Origin: Octopus sinensis
Lineage: Eukaryota
DNA length: 64,000 nucleotides
Assembly: GCF_006345805.1 (NCBI RefSeq)
Contig: NC_043006.1
Location: forward strand, 11,284,001-11,348,000
Direction: 5' to 3'
Part shown: positions 23,944 to 35,437 of the stretch, piece after piece
Numbering within the stretch: position 1 is the first letter of the stretch
How the letters are laid out: every line of letters begins with the position of its first letter
Translations under genes and position numbers: made by a program
The notes under the pieces: model-generated
What the model saw: the letters and a program-made list of their open reading frames with translations, nothing else
The model's database searches: none
What the model was told of the DNA's origin: nothing

Positions 23944-24393
23944 GGCGTAGGAGTGGCTCTGTGGTACACAGCTTGCTTACGAACCACATGGTTCCGGGTT
24001 CAGTCCCACTGCGTGGCACCTTAGGCAAGTGTCTTCTACTATAGCCGACCAAAGCCTTGTGAGTGGATTTGGTAGACGGAAACTGAAAGAAGCCTGTTGT
24101 ATATATGTATATATATATATATATATATATGCGTGTGTGTGTGTGTGTGTGTATGTGTGTGTTTGTGTGTGTGTGTCTGTGTTTGTGTGTCTGTGTTTGT
24201 CCCCCCAACATCGCTTGATAACCGATGCAGGTGTGTTTACGTCCCTGTAACTTAGCGGTTCGGCAAAATAGACTGATAGAATAAGTACTAGGCTTACAAA
24301 GAATAAGTCCTGGGGTCGATTTGCTCGACTAAAGGCGGTGCTCCAGCATGGCCGCAGTCAAATGACTAAAACAAGTAAAAGAGTAAAAGAGTA
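23944..24393 (+). mobile_element. SINE S2
   Basis: Full-length, starts 12 bp after the 5S copy. Confidence 0.9.
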
Positions 24394-25006
24394 ACTGTTA
24401 ATTTAAACGTCCATTACTTGGAACTGGTAGCATTAAGATGAATTTAAAAGAGATGCGGTCAACTAATTCAAGGAGTATTTCAACCATCATCTGTACTCCT
24501 TTAGATCAACGATCAGGGTAAACTTCGCTTACCTCTGCCGTTTTATCTGGAGGTTCAAAGACCAAGGATACAACTGCCCTTACTCTAATTGAAAATATAA
24601 TTAACAGAGCTCTCCACGTATTCTAATTAATTGCACAACTGCAGATCTTGCCTGTTTAAGAGGCTGCCCCTACTGAAAATCCTTCAATAGAAAATCCAAG
24701 GTACTTTTCTGTAGCTGACACAGAAGAACATTTTTTTCTAAGACATTTTCAACTGATTCGAAAAATAACGTCAGATGACTACTGTACAGGGAATTAACAA
24801 GGAGTAAACTGCCTTGTTATCGAAAATTAATCTTGGCTTGGTTGCTTCCCTTACATCTTAGCAATGCTCTTTTTGATCTCACATCAGTGATCTGTAACAA
24901 TTTCTACCTTGTCACTACTTGCTTCAACCAATGAAAACCAGCCTTGTCAGTGACATATAAGAACCTAACTTTCAAGTCGCAAATTGCTAGTCTGGTATAT
25001 TAGAGA

Positions 25007-25466
25007 GATATGTATCTAAACACATTGAAACTCCGACGTCTGGCAGCTGACTTGGCAGACACCCATAAAATTATTAACCATCTTACAAACAATAACTCTG
25101 AGCACCATTTCAAACTCCACCTGTCTAACACCCGTGGACATGTTTACAAAGTCAGAAAACAGCACAGCTCCCATGACTTTAGGAAACATTTTTTCACACA
25201 AAGACTTGCTGAAGCATGGAACAAACTGCCGGCATCAGTTGTTAGTTGTTGGAGCACTGCATCCTTCAAAACTTCCATGCTTCCTGAGATTCGCCAACAC
25301 TACACTTGATTTTCTCCCCTCCATACACACGCAAGCATCTATCTGACTCATACACTGTTCGCTTTCCAAACATTTGTACATTACTGCATATGCTTTATAC
25401 GCACTTTTGACAAGTTGTGGTGCACCTGAGCACTGTATACAATAATTTCATTATTATCATATTATT
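25007..25466 (+). mobile_element. 3' end of a CR1-like LINE
   Basis: [44 protein letters not shown]; (ATT)n tail; second copy at 44338-44720 (-). Confidence 0.85.
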
Positions 25467-26930
25467 AAATAGCTTTTTAAAGTGTCTGGACAAGAGATTT
25501 GATAATGTATAGTAATCCTTTTGAAAAGCATTTATACAACTGATGAGAGTCCTTAAATTCCCATTATATGCGGTATATATTTTCTAAAGAAAGAAGCGCT
25601 GGGAACTGATTGTACCACTGATTCCTCTTGTTTTAGTCTCTTGTATTCAAAAACTTATAACGAAATTTTTCGAGAATCTTCCACGTAAACACGATGGTCT
25701 GTCATTCCTTCTCGTGTTCCAGAGGATCGAGATGTAACGCACAGAGGCATTCCCAATAGCTAAGATGTCCGTTTATTTATTTCGGAGGCGCCTATTCTTT
25801 GCAAACTCACCAATTGACTTGTATCCGAGCTGCCACACCATAGCTGTCAGTAAGGTTGCAGGATTTGCTAATTTTTTTATTTCAAAATTTGGACCTATTT
25901 TGATTAATTCCATGAAATTTGATAGATATTTCTCATTTACTTGTACGACCAATAAAAAAATTTCCAATTTGTTGGTATCTTCTAGTAAAATTTGATCGTG
26001 TGACCGCATTTATGTCCAAATGTTTGAATCTGCTTTATTAAGTGGTCAAAGCGCAGACAAAATAATTTCATGGTTAAAATAAACAGTTCTTCTTGAGTTT
26101 CTAAGTTGTGAAACGAGTCTTCATTCGTTTTAAATTTGTATTTTGCTTAAACATTGTGATTTTGTTTACTTCCCATTTAACCAAACCCAGAGATGGCCGA
26201 GAAAAAAGATTAATAAGAACAGTGATTTAGAAGAAAATCCAAATAAGAAAGTAAGACTGCATATACCTAGTTTTAAAAAAAATGATAAGCCAATTGCTAC
26301 AAAAGTAGTTTAATAATCCTAGAGGTAGCTGAAGTTTGAAAAAAATATATTTTGTGAACTATGTAGATATGGCTTATCTAGGAGGAGTGTTGTAAATATT
26401 TGACAAACGTCTTGACAGAGAGAAACGTTTAAGAAAGATTACAACAAGTAGACAGACTTCTAAAGTAGCTCGTATCTTACGGCCTTCTCTTTCGTGTAGC
26501 ATGTCTCATGTGGCTTCCATTAAATTGAAGATAAGTATGTTTCATTTCAAAAGTAGATCTTCTTTCCGGTTTTCTAATACTTGCCCGCATTCTAAAATTG
26601 CTTATATGCGAGAACAAAAGCCACAGCTATTATTTGTAATATCACTGATGAAAAACACCACAAAATATCAAATTTCTATTAGTGAATGATGAAAGCGCAG
26701 ATGTAGCTTCTTAGAAAGAAAATCAATGTATTCTAACAGTTAGATTTTAAAACAGTCTCTGACCAAAACACAGAAGACAAGTTTGTGACAGTTGGTAACC
26801 AATTTCTAATACTGCCCAAGAGTGCATACGCTTGAATAGCATGACACCCAAATTAAAAATCTGACAGAATACTTGTGTAATCTATGAAAATAGCACTACA
26901 TCTCTTTATATAAAACTGCATATCAAGTTA

Positions 26931-27203
26931 TCAGATGTTGCCGCACATCGCTGGTCACAATGCGCTTCGCATTGTTCTAGCCTTCAAATGACGCCTTCCT
27001 GCTGGCTAAGCGAGCAGGCCAACAGAAGAAAGAGTGAGAGAGAGTTGTGGCGAAAGAGTACAGCAGGACCGCCACCACCCACTGCCGTGGAGCTTTAGGT
27101 GTTTTTGCTCAATAAACACTCATAACGCCCGGTCTGGGAATCGAAACCGCGATCCTACAAACGCGAATCCGCTGCCCTAACCACTTGGCCATTGCGCCTC
27201 CAT
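26931..27203 (-). mobile_element. SINE S3-related subfamily
   Basis: Reverse-complement homolog of 50282-50552 (+). Confidence 0.8.
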
Positions 27204-27242
<39 letters not shown>

Positions 27243-27270
27243 CATATATATACATATATATAATATACAC

Positions 27271-27336
<66 letters not shown>

Positions 27337-27341
27337 TATAT

Positions 27342-27384
<43 letters not shown>

Positions 27385-27406
27385 TATTATATATATATAT
27401 ACACAC

Positions 27407-27492
<86 letters not shown>

Positions 27493-27980
27493 TTGGACAA
27501 ATAACTATACATCGATTAGTGTGTTTAAATATTGAGTAAAGAACCGTCTCAGTTTAGGCTACCTTTGGTCATCCGTAGTTGTGGTATACTTCCGTTCAAT
27601 CTACTTCGGGAGCTCTGCAGTGGAAGTCATGGTGATAGTATTAATTAACAGGAGACGGATTTCATATTAAATCTTTATTAGATACAGCATATGTTTCGGC
27701 CCATCAATCTGAGTCTCTTTAGATACATACGTACGTATGTATTGCCATAGCTCTTTACATAAGACTGTAGCCATCATATTGCTTTTGATGAGACTTTATA
27801 AAAAGCTTAATTTAAGTTGTAGCATCATATCTCTTTACATAAGTCTGTAGCACTTATCTCTCCATTTTACATTGTCGCACCATAGGCAAAGCTGTTTATA
27901 TCACTCAAGTGTAGTTATGTACATCTTGTGCATGTTCTGAACTTCCAGTTTCCTTAGGGGAGCTAACCTGGTTAATATTA

Positions 27981-28348
27981 TCTCTCTATATATAAATGGC
28001 AAAATGTCTGTGTGTGTGTGTGTTCTTTATACAAATCCACAATTTTTCAGTTAGAGGGCTCGCACTTTCTATGGTCATTCAAAACCGTCCAAGAATGGTC
28101 ATGCACATCTTTACATTTCCCCAGTCACCCAAAAAATCCATTAAAAAATCAATAGAAGTGACTTTTTTGTGAATTTTCAATCCAAAACCCAATCAAAATG
28201 CCCGGAATTTGATACGCCAATTGAATGCCAGCTAGCTGTATATGATTGGTTGGAGATTTGGACAGTACTCGCATGTATGTGTGCACGCACGCAGCTGTAT
28301 ATGCATGCACTAGCACTATGACCCGGCGTTGCCGGGTCATAGTGCTAG
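27981..28348 (+). mobile_element. Short non-autonomous Helitron (family H2)
   Basis: A|TC start, 19-bp perfect terminal stem actagcactatgacccggc-gtt-gccgggtcatagtgctagt, CTAG|T end; homologous to 43964-44336 and 53543-53884. Confidence 0.82.
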
Positions 28349-29437
28349 TTCATTCATATTTACCAAACTAAGAGATTGCTTTGATATTCAAAATTCCAAA
28401 ATAATTTTCGAAACTAAAAAGATTTGACATCATAGCTATATTCGATGGTTATTTTTTCAGGAAATAAGAGATTGACTGCAGAATATACGGCCAGCATTTT
28501 TTAGGGTTTTGTGTGTGTGTGTGTGTGTGTTGTACAATGGCAATAGAACATGAGGTGACTTCAACTGCTACAATAGGAGATGATTTACAAAATCCAATTG
28601 TAAAACAATATTCTTTGAATTGCTAAACTTTAGCGAGATGTAATAAAACAGATTCAGTCAGGAATGAGGTAGTTTTTGCTTTTTTTATTAAATAGAAATA
28701 TATAAATGCATGTAGACGGAGAATGAACATACTACCATCATGTTCTTAATGATGAAATTAACCTCTCTGTCTATATATCTACCCTCGTTGTAATGTTGGC
28801 AAATGAAATACGGATAAGAATGTGCATTGTCCGTTAATTGAAAATCAGTTGCCGGCTGTCTGTCTACTCCTCATTTCGAGCAGTCAACAACAATATGAGA
28901 CTTCAAAGACAGTTGCTCCCATAAATTCAAAAATAAAATTTTGGATTTATGGAGATCAAAGTTGGGAGACATACAAGGAAACCAAACGAAAACAAACACG
29001 GAGCGTCGTTAGACCAGAACGGGAGGAAAATAGTGAACGCTGGGAGAAATATTTTCGTTGAAAAGAGAAAAGAGAGAAGAGAGAGAAAGAAAACGTCCAC
29101 TCCTTAGAAAGTCGTACAGAAAAAGAAAGATGGTCACGTGAGGTAAAGAAAGATGAACGATGGTCTCGTGTGAGCAACGAGAGAGAGAAAAAGAGAAAGG
29201 GGGAAGAAAAAGAGAGCTTCCCCCGTCCTTCTCTAATTCCCTTTTTCTCCCCTTCACCGTTTTCTATCTGCCTCTCTCCACCCCCATATAATGTATGTAT
29301 ATATGGAATAAGCAGAACAAGAACCGAGTCTTCAACTCTGGGTGTCGCTGCATCATCGCTGCGACGAGCACCCTCCTCACAGGTGCAGAAGTGGCTGTGT
29401 GGTAAGAAACTTGCAAGCTGTGTGGCAAGAAGCTTGC

Positions 29438-29837
29438 AAGGCGGCAAGCTGGCAGAAATGTTAGCACGCCAGGCGAAATGCTTAGCAGTATTTCGTCTGC
29501 CTCTACGTTCTGAGTTCAAATTCCGCGAGGTCAACTTTGCCTTTCATCCTTTCGGGGTCGATTAAATAAGTACCAGTTACGTACTGGGGTCGATGTTATC
29601 GACTTAATCCTTTTGTCTATCTTTGTTTATCCTCTCTGTGTTTAGCCCCTTGTGGGTTGTAAAGAAATAGGTATTTCGTCTGCCGCTACGTTCTGAGTTC
29701 AAATTCCGCCGAGATCGGCTTTGCCTTCTTCCTTTCGGGGTCGATAAATTAAGTACCAGTTACGCACTAGGGTCGATATAATCGACTTAATCTCTTTGTC
29801 TGTCCTTGTTTGTCCCCTCTATGGGTAAAAAAGAAAT
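29438..29837 (+). mobile_element. SINE S1 dimer inserted in the head of a SINE S2
   Basis: TSD aagaagcttgc at 29427-29437 and 29838-29848; junction at 29669/29670. Confidence 0.88.
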
Positions 29838-29975
29838 AAGAAGCTTGCTTCCCAACCACACGGTTCCGGGTTCAGTGCCACTACATGGCACCTTAGACAA
29901 GTGTCTATTTTAGCCTCGGGCCGACCTAAAACTTGTGAGTGGATTTGGTAGACGGAGACTGAAAAAAACCCGTCG

Positions 29976-30009
<34 letters not shown>

Positions 30010-32066
30010 TGTAGGTAGTTAGGTAGGTAGGCAGGTAGGTAGGTAGGTGTATCTGTTTGTACCCCCACCATCACTTGACAACCGATGTTGGTGTGTTTAC
30101 ATCTCCGTAACTGAGCGGTGCGGCAAAAGAGGCCAACAGGATAAGTACTAGGTTTACAATATTCAAAGCAGCAGAAAATTCAATAAAACCTGTTACTCTG
30201 AGTTTCACGTTCCCGTTCGCCCGACAGTTTTTGCTAGCAAAGTTATTCAGGTGGTTTTGACCACTACCAAATCATTAAGTGAATTCCCATTCAAGGATTT
30301 TTGCAGGGACTTCAACAGATGAAAGTCAGAAGGTGCCATGCTGGGAGAGTATGGTAAATTGAGTAAGAGATCCCACCAAAGGTTATGCAACCTTGTGCGG
30401 GCGACCGAAGACAAAAACCTAGAGTATCCTCTGCTGATTTTTTAAAATTCTATTTTTTACTCGCAAGCGACAAAACAAATCCGAATTGATGACCGGATTT
30501 TTTGGAAGTAGTGCCGTACAAGGGAGATAACTTTCACATTCACCTCTGTAAGGGAGATAATTCTGATTGTCCTCGCACACGACGAATCTTTTCTGTGTTA
30601 TTACGCGAAACCATTGCAAATTGGCACAGATCAACTATCGATTAAAAATGACCACAGTATTTTACTGGTGCTTTATTTTATCGACTTCGAAAGGTTAAAA
30701 GATAAAGTCGACCTTGATGAGATTTGAACATAAAAAAGCTGAACAAATTTTGTAAAAGATATTTTGTTTTTTCCGACTCCCTGAAGATTCTGCCAACCTT
30801 ACGCCTTAATGTGTTTCAACCTCGCTTTTTTCTGTCTATTTGAGAATTCCAAACCTTCCTTCTTTTAAGTGTACAATTAAATAAATATACAAATAAACAT
30901 ACATAATAAACAAAACAAATAAATACGAAGAAGTACGTTTTGAAAATATTCTTTTGTTGATATTAACATCCAATATCAGAAATTTTATCCGCATAATGGA
31001 TAACTTTATACAGTCATTTATCCTGCTAGAAATAGTAGTCAAATGTTTTTATAAATCACAGCAGGATTGTCATGGTTGGAAAGCCTTTGATTATAAGTTC
31101 CACTCGGTGGACTTTCTTATATTGCAACTACTTGCTAATCTCTTATTTCTCAAATGTAATTTGTATCAATATTAGGGGCAGACGTAGTTGTGAAGTAAGA
31201 AGCTTGCGGCGAGCTGGCAGAAACGTTAGAACGCCAGGCGAAATGCTTAGCAGTATTTCGTTCTGAGGTAACTTTGCCTTTCATCCTTTCGGGGTCGATA
31301 AATTAAGTACCAGTTGCGTACTGGAGTCGATCTAATCGATTGGCCCCCGCCCAAAAGATTTTGGGCCTTGTGCCTAGAGTAGAAAAGGATATTGTTAGAA
31401 AGAATCTACTTAGAATGTTCAAGACTTCAAAGATTGTTCCAAAAGAAGAGATAAAATAATCCTCTATACAAGAAGCAGGCCTGAAACTTGTGGGGAGAGG
31501 GCTAGTCAATAACCTTGACCCAAGTGTTAAACTGGTCCTTATTTCATTAACTCTGAAAGAATGGAAAGTAAAGTCAACCTCAAATTATCGAAACAGGCCA
31601 TATGAGTCCTATATTCCACGACAATATTCTTGCTAAATCCCTAACTGTCCCTCAAGTCATCATCTTAAACCACAGGAGAAAAAATAGATGAGGAATGCAT
31701 AAACTTCCAGGCATAGACATGGATTGAAAGCTAAATGGCACTAGTTAGTTCAAGTGCCCAAATTTCAACATTTGGGATCATATTCCTTTTGTGGTACAAG
31801 CTACAGCTCAGACCCAGTTCAAGCACATACATAAGCTGCACCATTTAACCTGGTGTCTAAAGTCAATAAAAGGTTTCATAGAATCTCCTGCAGTGGTTTC
31901 TTTATGTACTTCATTTAGTTACATCATCATCACCATTGTTTTAACATCCACTTTTTTATGCTTGCATGACTCAGATGTATTTCATTTGAAGCAGATTTTC
32001 TATGGCCAGATACCCTTCCTGTTACCAAACCTCGTGTGTTTCTAAGCAAGGTAATATTTCCCCCTT

Positions 32067-32300
32067 AAGGCGGCGAGATGGCAGAAACGTTAGCACGCAG
32101 GGCGAAATGCCAAAGCGGTATTTCTTCTGCTGCTACGTTCTGGGTTCAAATTCCGCCGAGGTCGACTTTGCCTTTCATCCTTTCGGGGTCGATTAAATAA
32201 GTACCAGTTATGCACTGGGGTCCGTGTAATCAACTTAATCCGTGTGTCTGTCTTTATTTGTCCCCTCTGTGTTTAGCCCCTTCTGGGTAGTAAAGAAATA
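32067..32300 (+). mobile_element. SINE S1 monomer (234 bp, tRNA-like head)
   Basis: A-box/B-box head (ggcagaaacgttag; gttctgggttcaaattcc), core gcctttcatcctttcggggtcga; exact 17-bp TSD ggtaatatttccccctt at 32050-32066 and 32301-32317. Confidence 0.9.
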
Positions 32301-33060
32301 GGTAATATTTCCCCCTTGGCCAGACGTTTTTGCAAAACATTATAAACGAATGACACTGCTTGTATAAATGGAACACTTGTTTATGACAGCTATATTAAGT
32401 GTAAACATGAAAACACACAGGTTAGGCTTCTTGCAGTTTCCATCAGCCAAATCCACAAGGCTCATGAGGCTATAGTGGAAGACACCTATCCAAAGGTCCT
32501 CACAGGGGGACTGAATCCAAAACCTTGTGGCTGGGAAGCAAAGTTCTTGACAGCCACACCTCTTATACATCCTATGATATTTTAGAGATTCGAGAGCAAT
32601 ACTCTAATCACCTGTTCTTCTGATACACAAAGGTGTGAACTCTGCAAATTATTAAAACATCTTTCATATCAAACCAGAGAAGGAGCCTGTGTGTGGCTGC
32701 GCATTGTGTTAGAAATAGCAGCCAAATTCTTTCACATTGCAAACTGCTGTCTTGGAAAAGGAATAATGCAATACATTAAATATACCAAAAAAGATGAGAT
32801 GGTCATGCCTGGAATGCTTTTAATCATACATCTGCTCTAACCTGAGGCTAAATACCAACAACAACATTTACAAACAACAACATTTACAAATAAGGGCACA
32901 GGCAGGGCTGTGTTGTAAGCTTGCTTCCCAGCCATGGTTCCAGGTCCCAAGTTCAGTCCCCCTGTGTGGAACCTTGGGCAAATTTTTTCTACTATAGCCT
33001 CAGGCAGATCAAAACCATGTGAGGGGATTTGGTAGGCAGAAACTGAAAGAACTGAAAGAA

Positions 33061-34016
33061 GGCGGCGAGCTGGCAGAAATGTTAGCACGTCAGGTGAAAT
33101 GCTTAGCGGTATTTCGTCTGCCGCTATGTTCTGAGTTCAAATTCTACCGAGGTCGACTTTGCCTTTCATCCTTTCAGGGTTGATTAAATAAGTACCAGTT
33201 ACGCACTGGGGTCGATATAATCAACTTAATCCATTTGTCTGTCCTCTCTGTGTTTAGCCCCTTGTGGGTAGTAAAGAAATAGGTATTTCATCTGCCGCTA
33301 TGTTCTGAGTTCAAATTCCAACGGGGTCGACTTTGCCTTTCATCCATTCGGCGTCGATTAAATAATTACCAGTTACGCACTGGGGTCGATATAATCAACT
33401 TAATCCCTTTGTCTGTCCTTGTTTGCCTCCTCTGTGTTTAGCCCCTTGTGGGTAGTAAAGAAATAGGTATTTCGTCTGCCGTTACATTCTGAGTTCAAAT
33501 TCCACCAAGGTCGAATTTGCCTTTCATCCTTTCGGGGTCGACAAATTAAGTACCAGTTACGCACTGGGTTCGATATAATCAACTTAATCCGTTTGTCTGT
33601 CCTTGTTTGTCCCCTCTGTGTTTAGCCCTTATGGGTAGTAAAGAAATAGGTATTTCATCTGCCACTATGTTCTGAGTTCAAATTCCAACGGGGTCGACTT
33701 TGGCTTTCATCCATTCGGGGTCAATTAAATAATTACCAGTTACGCACTGGGGTCGATATAATCAACTTAATCCCTTTGTCTGTCCTTGTTTGCCTCCTCT
33801 GTGTTTAGCCCCTTGTGGGTAGTAAAGAAATAGGTATTTCGTCTGCCGCTACGTTCTGAGTTCAAATTCCACTGAAGTTGAATTTGCCTTTCATCCTTTC
33901 AGGATCAATTAAATAAGTACCAGTTACGCGCTGGGGTCGATATAATCGACTTAATCCATTTGTCTGTCTTTGTTTGTCCCCTCTCTGTGTAGCCCCTTGT
34001 GGGTAGTAAAGAAATA
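33061..34016 (+). mobile_element. SINE S1 pentameric array inside a SINE S2 copy
   Basis: One head then 5 bodies starting at 33109, 33283, 33467, 33650, 33834; TSD agaaactgaaagaa at 33038-33051 and 34017-34030. Confidence 0.9.
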
Positions 34017-34493
34017 AGAAACTGAAAGAAGCCTGTCATATGTATGTGTGTGTGTGTTTGTGTTTATCCCTTGCTTGATAACTGGTGTTGGTATATTTAC
34101 ATCCCTGTAACTTAGCACTTCAACAAAAGAGACCAATAGATTAACAATCAGGCTTAAAAAAGCACTGGGTTCAATTCATTCCGCTAAAACTTTTTCAAAG
34201 CAGTGCCCCAGCATGGTCACAGTTAAATGACTGAAACAAGTAAAAAGATACAAAAAAAATTGTTTTTAAATGATCCATTAAAAAAAAAAATGAACACCAA
34301 TACAGGTTGATTTAATTTTATTTACTTATATATAATCAATAATTAATAATCAATATGACAAACGGACAGACGGAAGAAGAGAGAAAAACAACATTTTTTG
34401 GAAGTTTGATACCATAAAGTGTCTCTAGTTTTAGAATCCTGAGTAGAAGCAAACATCAAGGAAGGCAACGTATAAAAAGTTGAAAAAAAAATT

Positions 34494-34535
<42 letters not shown>

Positions 34536-34572
34536 GTATATATACATACATACATATATATATAATGTATAT

Positions 34573-34603
<31 letters not shown>

Positions 34604-34610
34604 ATGTATA

Positions 34611-34641
<31 letters not shown>

Positions 34642-34647
34642 ATGTAT

Positions 34648-34678
<31 letters not shown>

Positions 34679-34730
34679 ATGTATATATACATACATGTAG
34701 ATATATATATATATATAGTGTATATATACA

Positions 34731-34764
<34 letters not shown>

Positions 34765-34784
34765 TATATATACATATATGTATA

Positions 34785-34816
<32 letters not shown>

Positions 34817-35342
34817 GTGTATATATACATATATGTATATATACATATATATATATAATGTATATATACATATATGTGTATATATACATATATGTGTATA
34901 TATAATATATATATATATATACATATATGTGTATATATACATATATGTGTATATATATATATGTATATATAATAATAATAATGAAATTATTGTATACAGT
35001 GCTCCTGTGGTGTACCTGAGCACTGTATACAATAATTTTATTATTATTATTATATATACATATATATATACATATATATATATAATATATATATATATAT
35101 GTATATATATATTATATATATATATATATATTATATATATATGTATGTATATATATATATATATATAGATATATAAATATCAATCAATAAATAAAGATTA
35201 ATGGGGGTGTGGAGAAGGGCAAGAGAGAGGGAGAGATTGTATGGGTAAGTAAGGGAAGAGAGAGAGGGGACAGTGGTGGAAGGTGGAAATACCATTTAGA
35301 GAACGCCTTGAAGTCCCGACGTGAAGCAAACGCCAATGTTTC

Positions 35343-35437
35343 TTACTTTAAGCCATAATCTTGTCTCAAGGCTAAGATTTCTGTTTCGTTATACGTTGAT
35401 TGGTTTTCCGCTAAGGTATTGATCAGGGACAATAGAT
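35343..35437 (-). CDS. SPAG1: SPAG1 terminal coding exon
   Basis: Long pyrimidine tract ttccag|AT CTA...TTA AAG TAA; [31 protein letters not shown]; phase matches the previous exon; missed by the ORF track. Confidence 0.85.

Noticed and set aside
25773-26009. 78-aa ORF and neighbouring ILWNTRRN, reminiscent of the L1/Tx1 C-terminus
   Set aside because: Similarity too weak to call by eye
27677-27733. Further hammerhead-like remnant on the minus strand (CUAAAGA..GGGCC-GAAA-CAUAUG), likewise 6968-7007
   Set aside because: Two or more core positions and stem I are broken; consistent with dead PLE ends but not callable as ribozymes
28822-29565. Overlapping 80-190 aa ORFs
   Set aside because: Made of purine/pyrimidine low-complexity sequence plus SINE heads; no splice sites or domain
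33061-34016. Regular direct repeats resembling a CRISPR array
   Set aside because: Units are ~183-bp SINE bodies with no unique spacers and no cas genes; eukaryotic context
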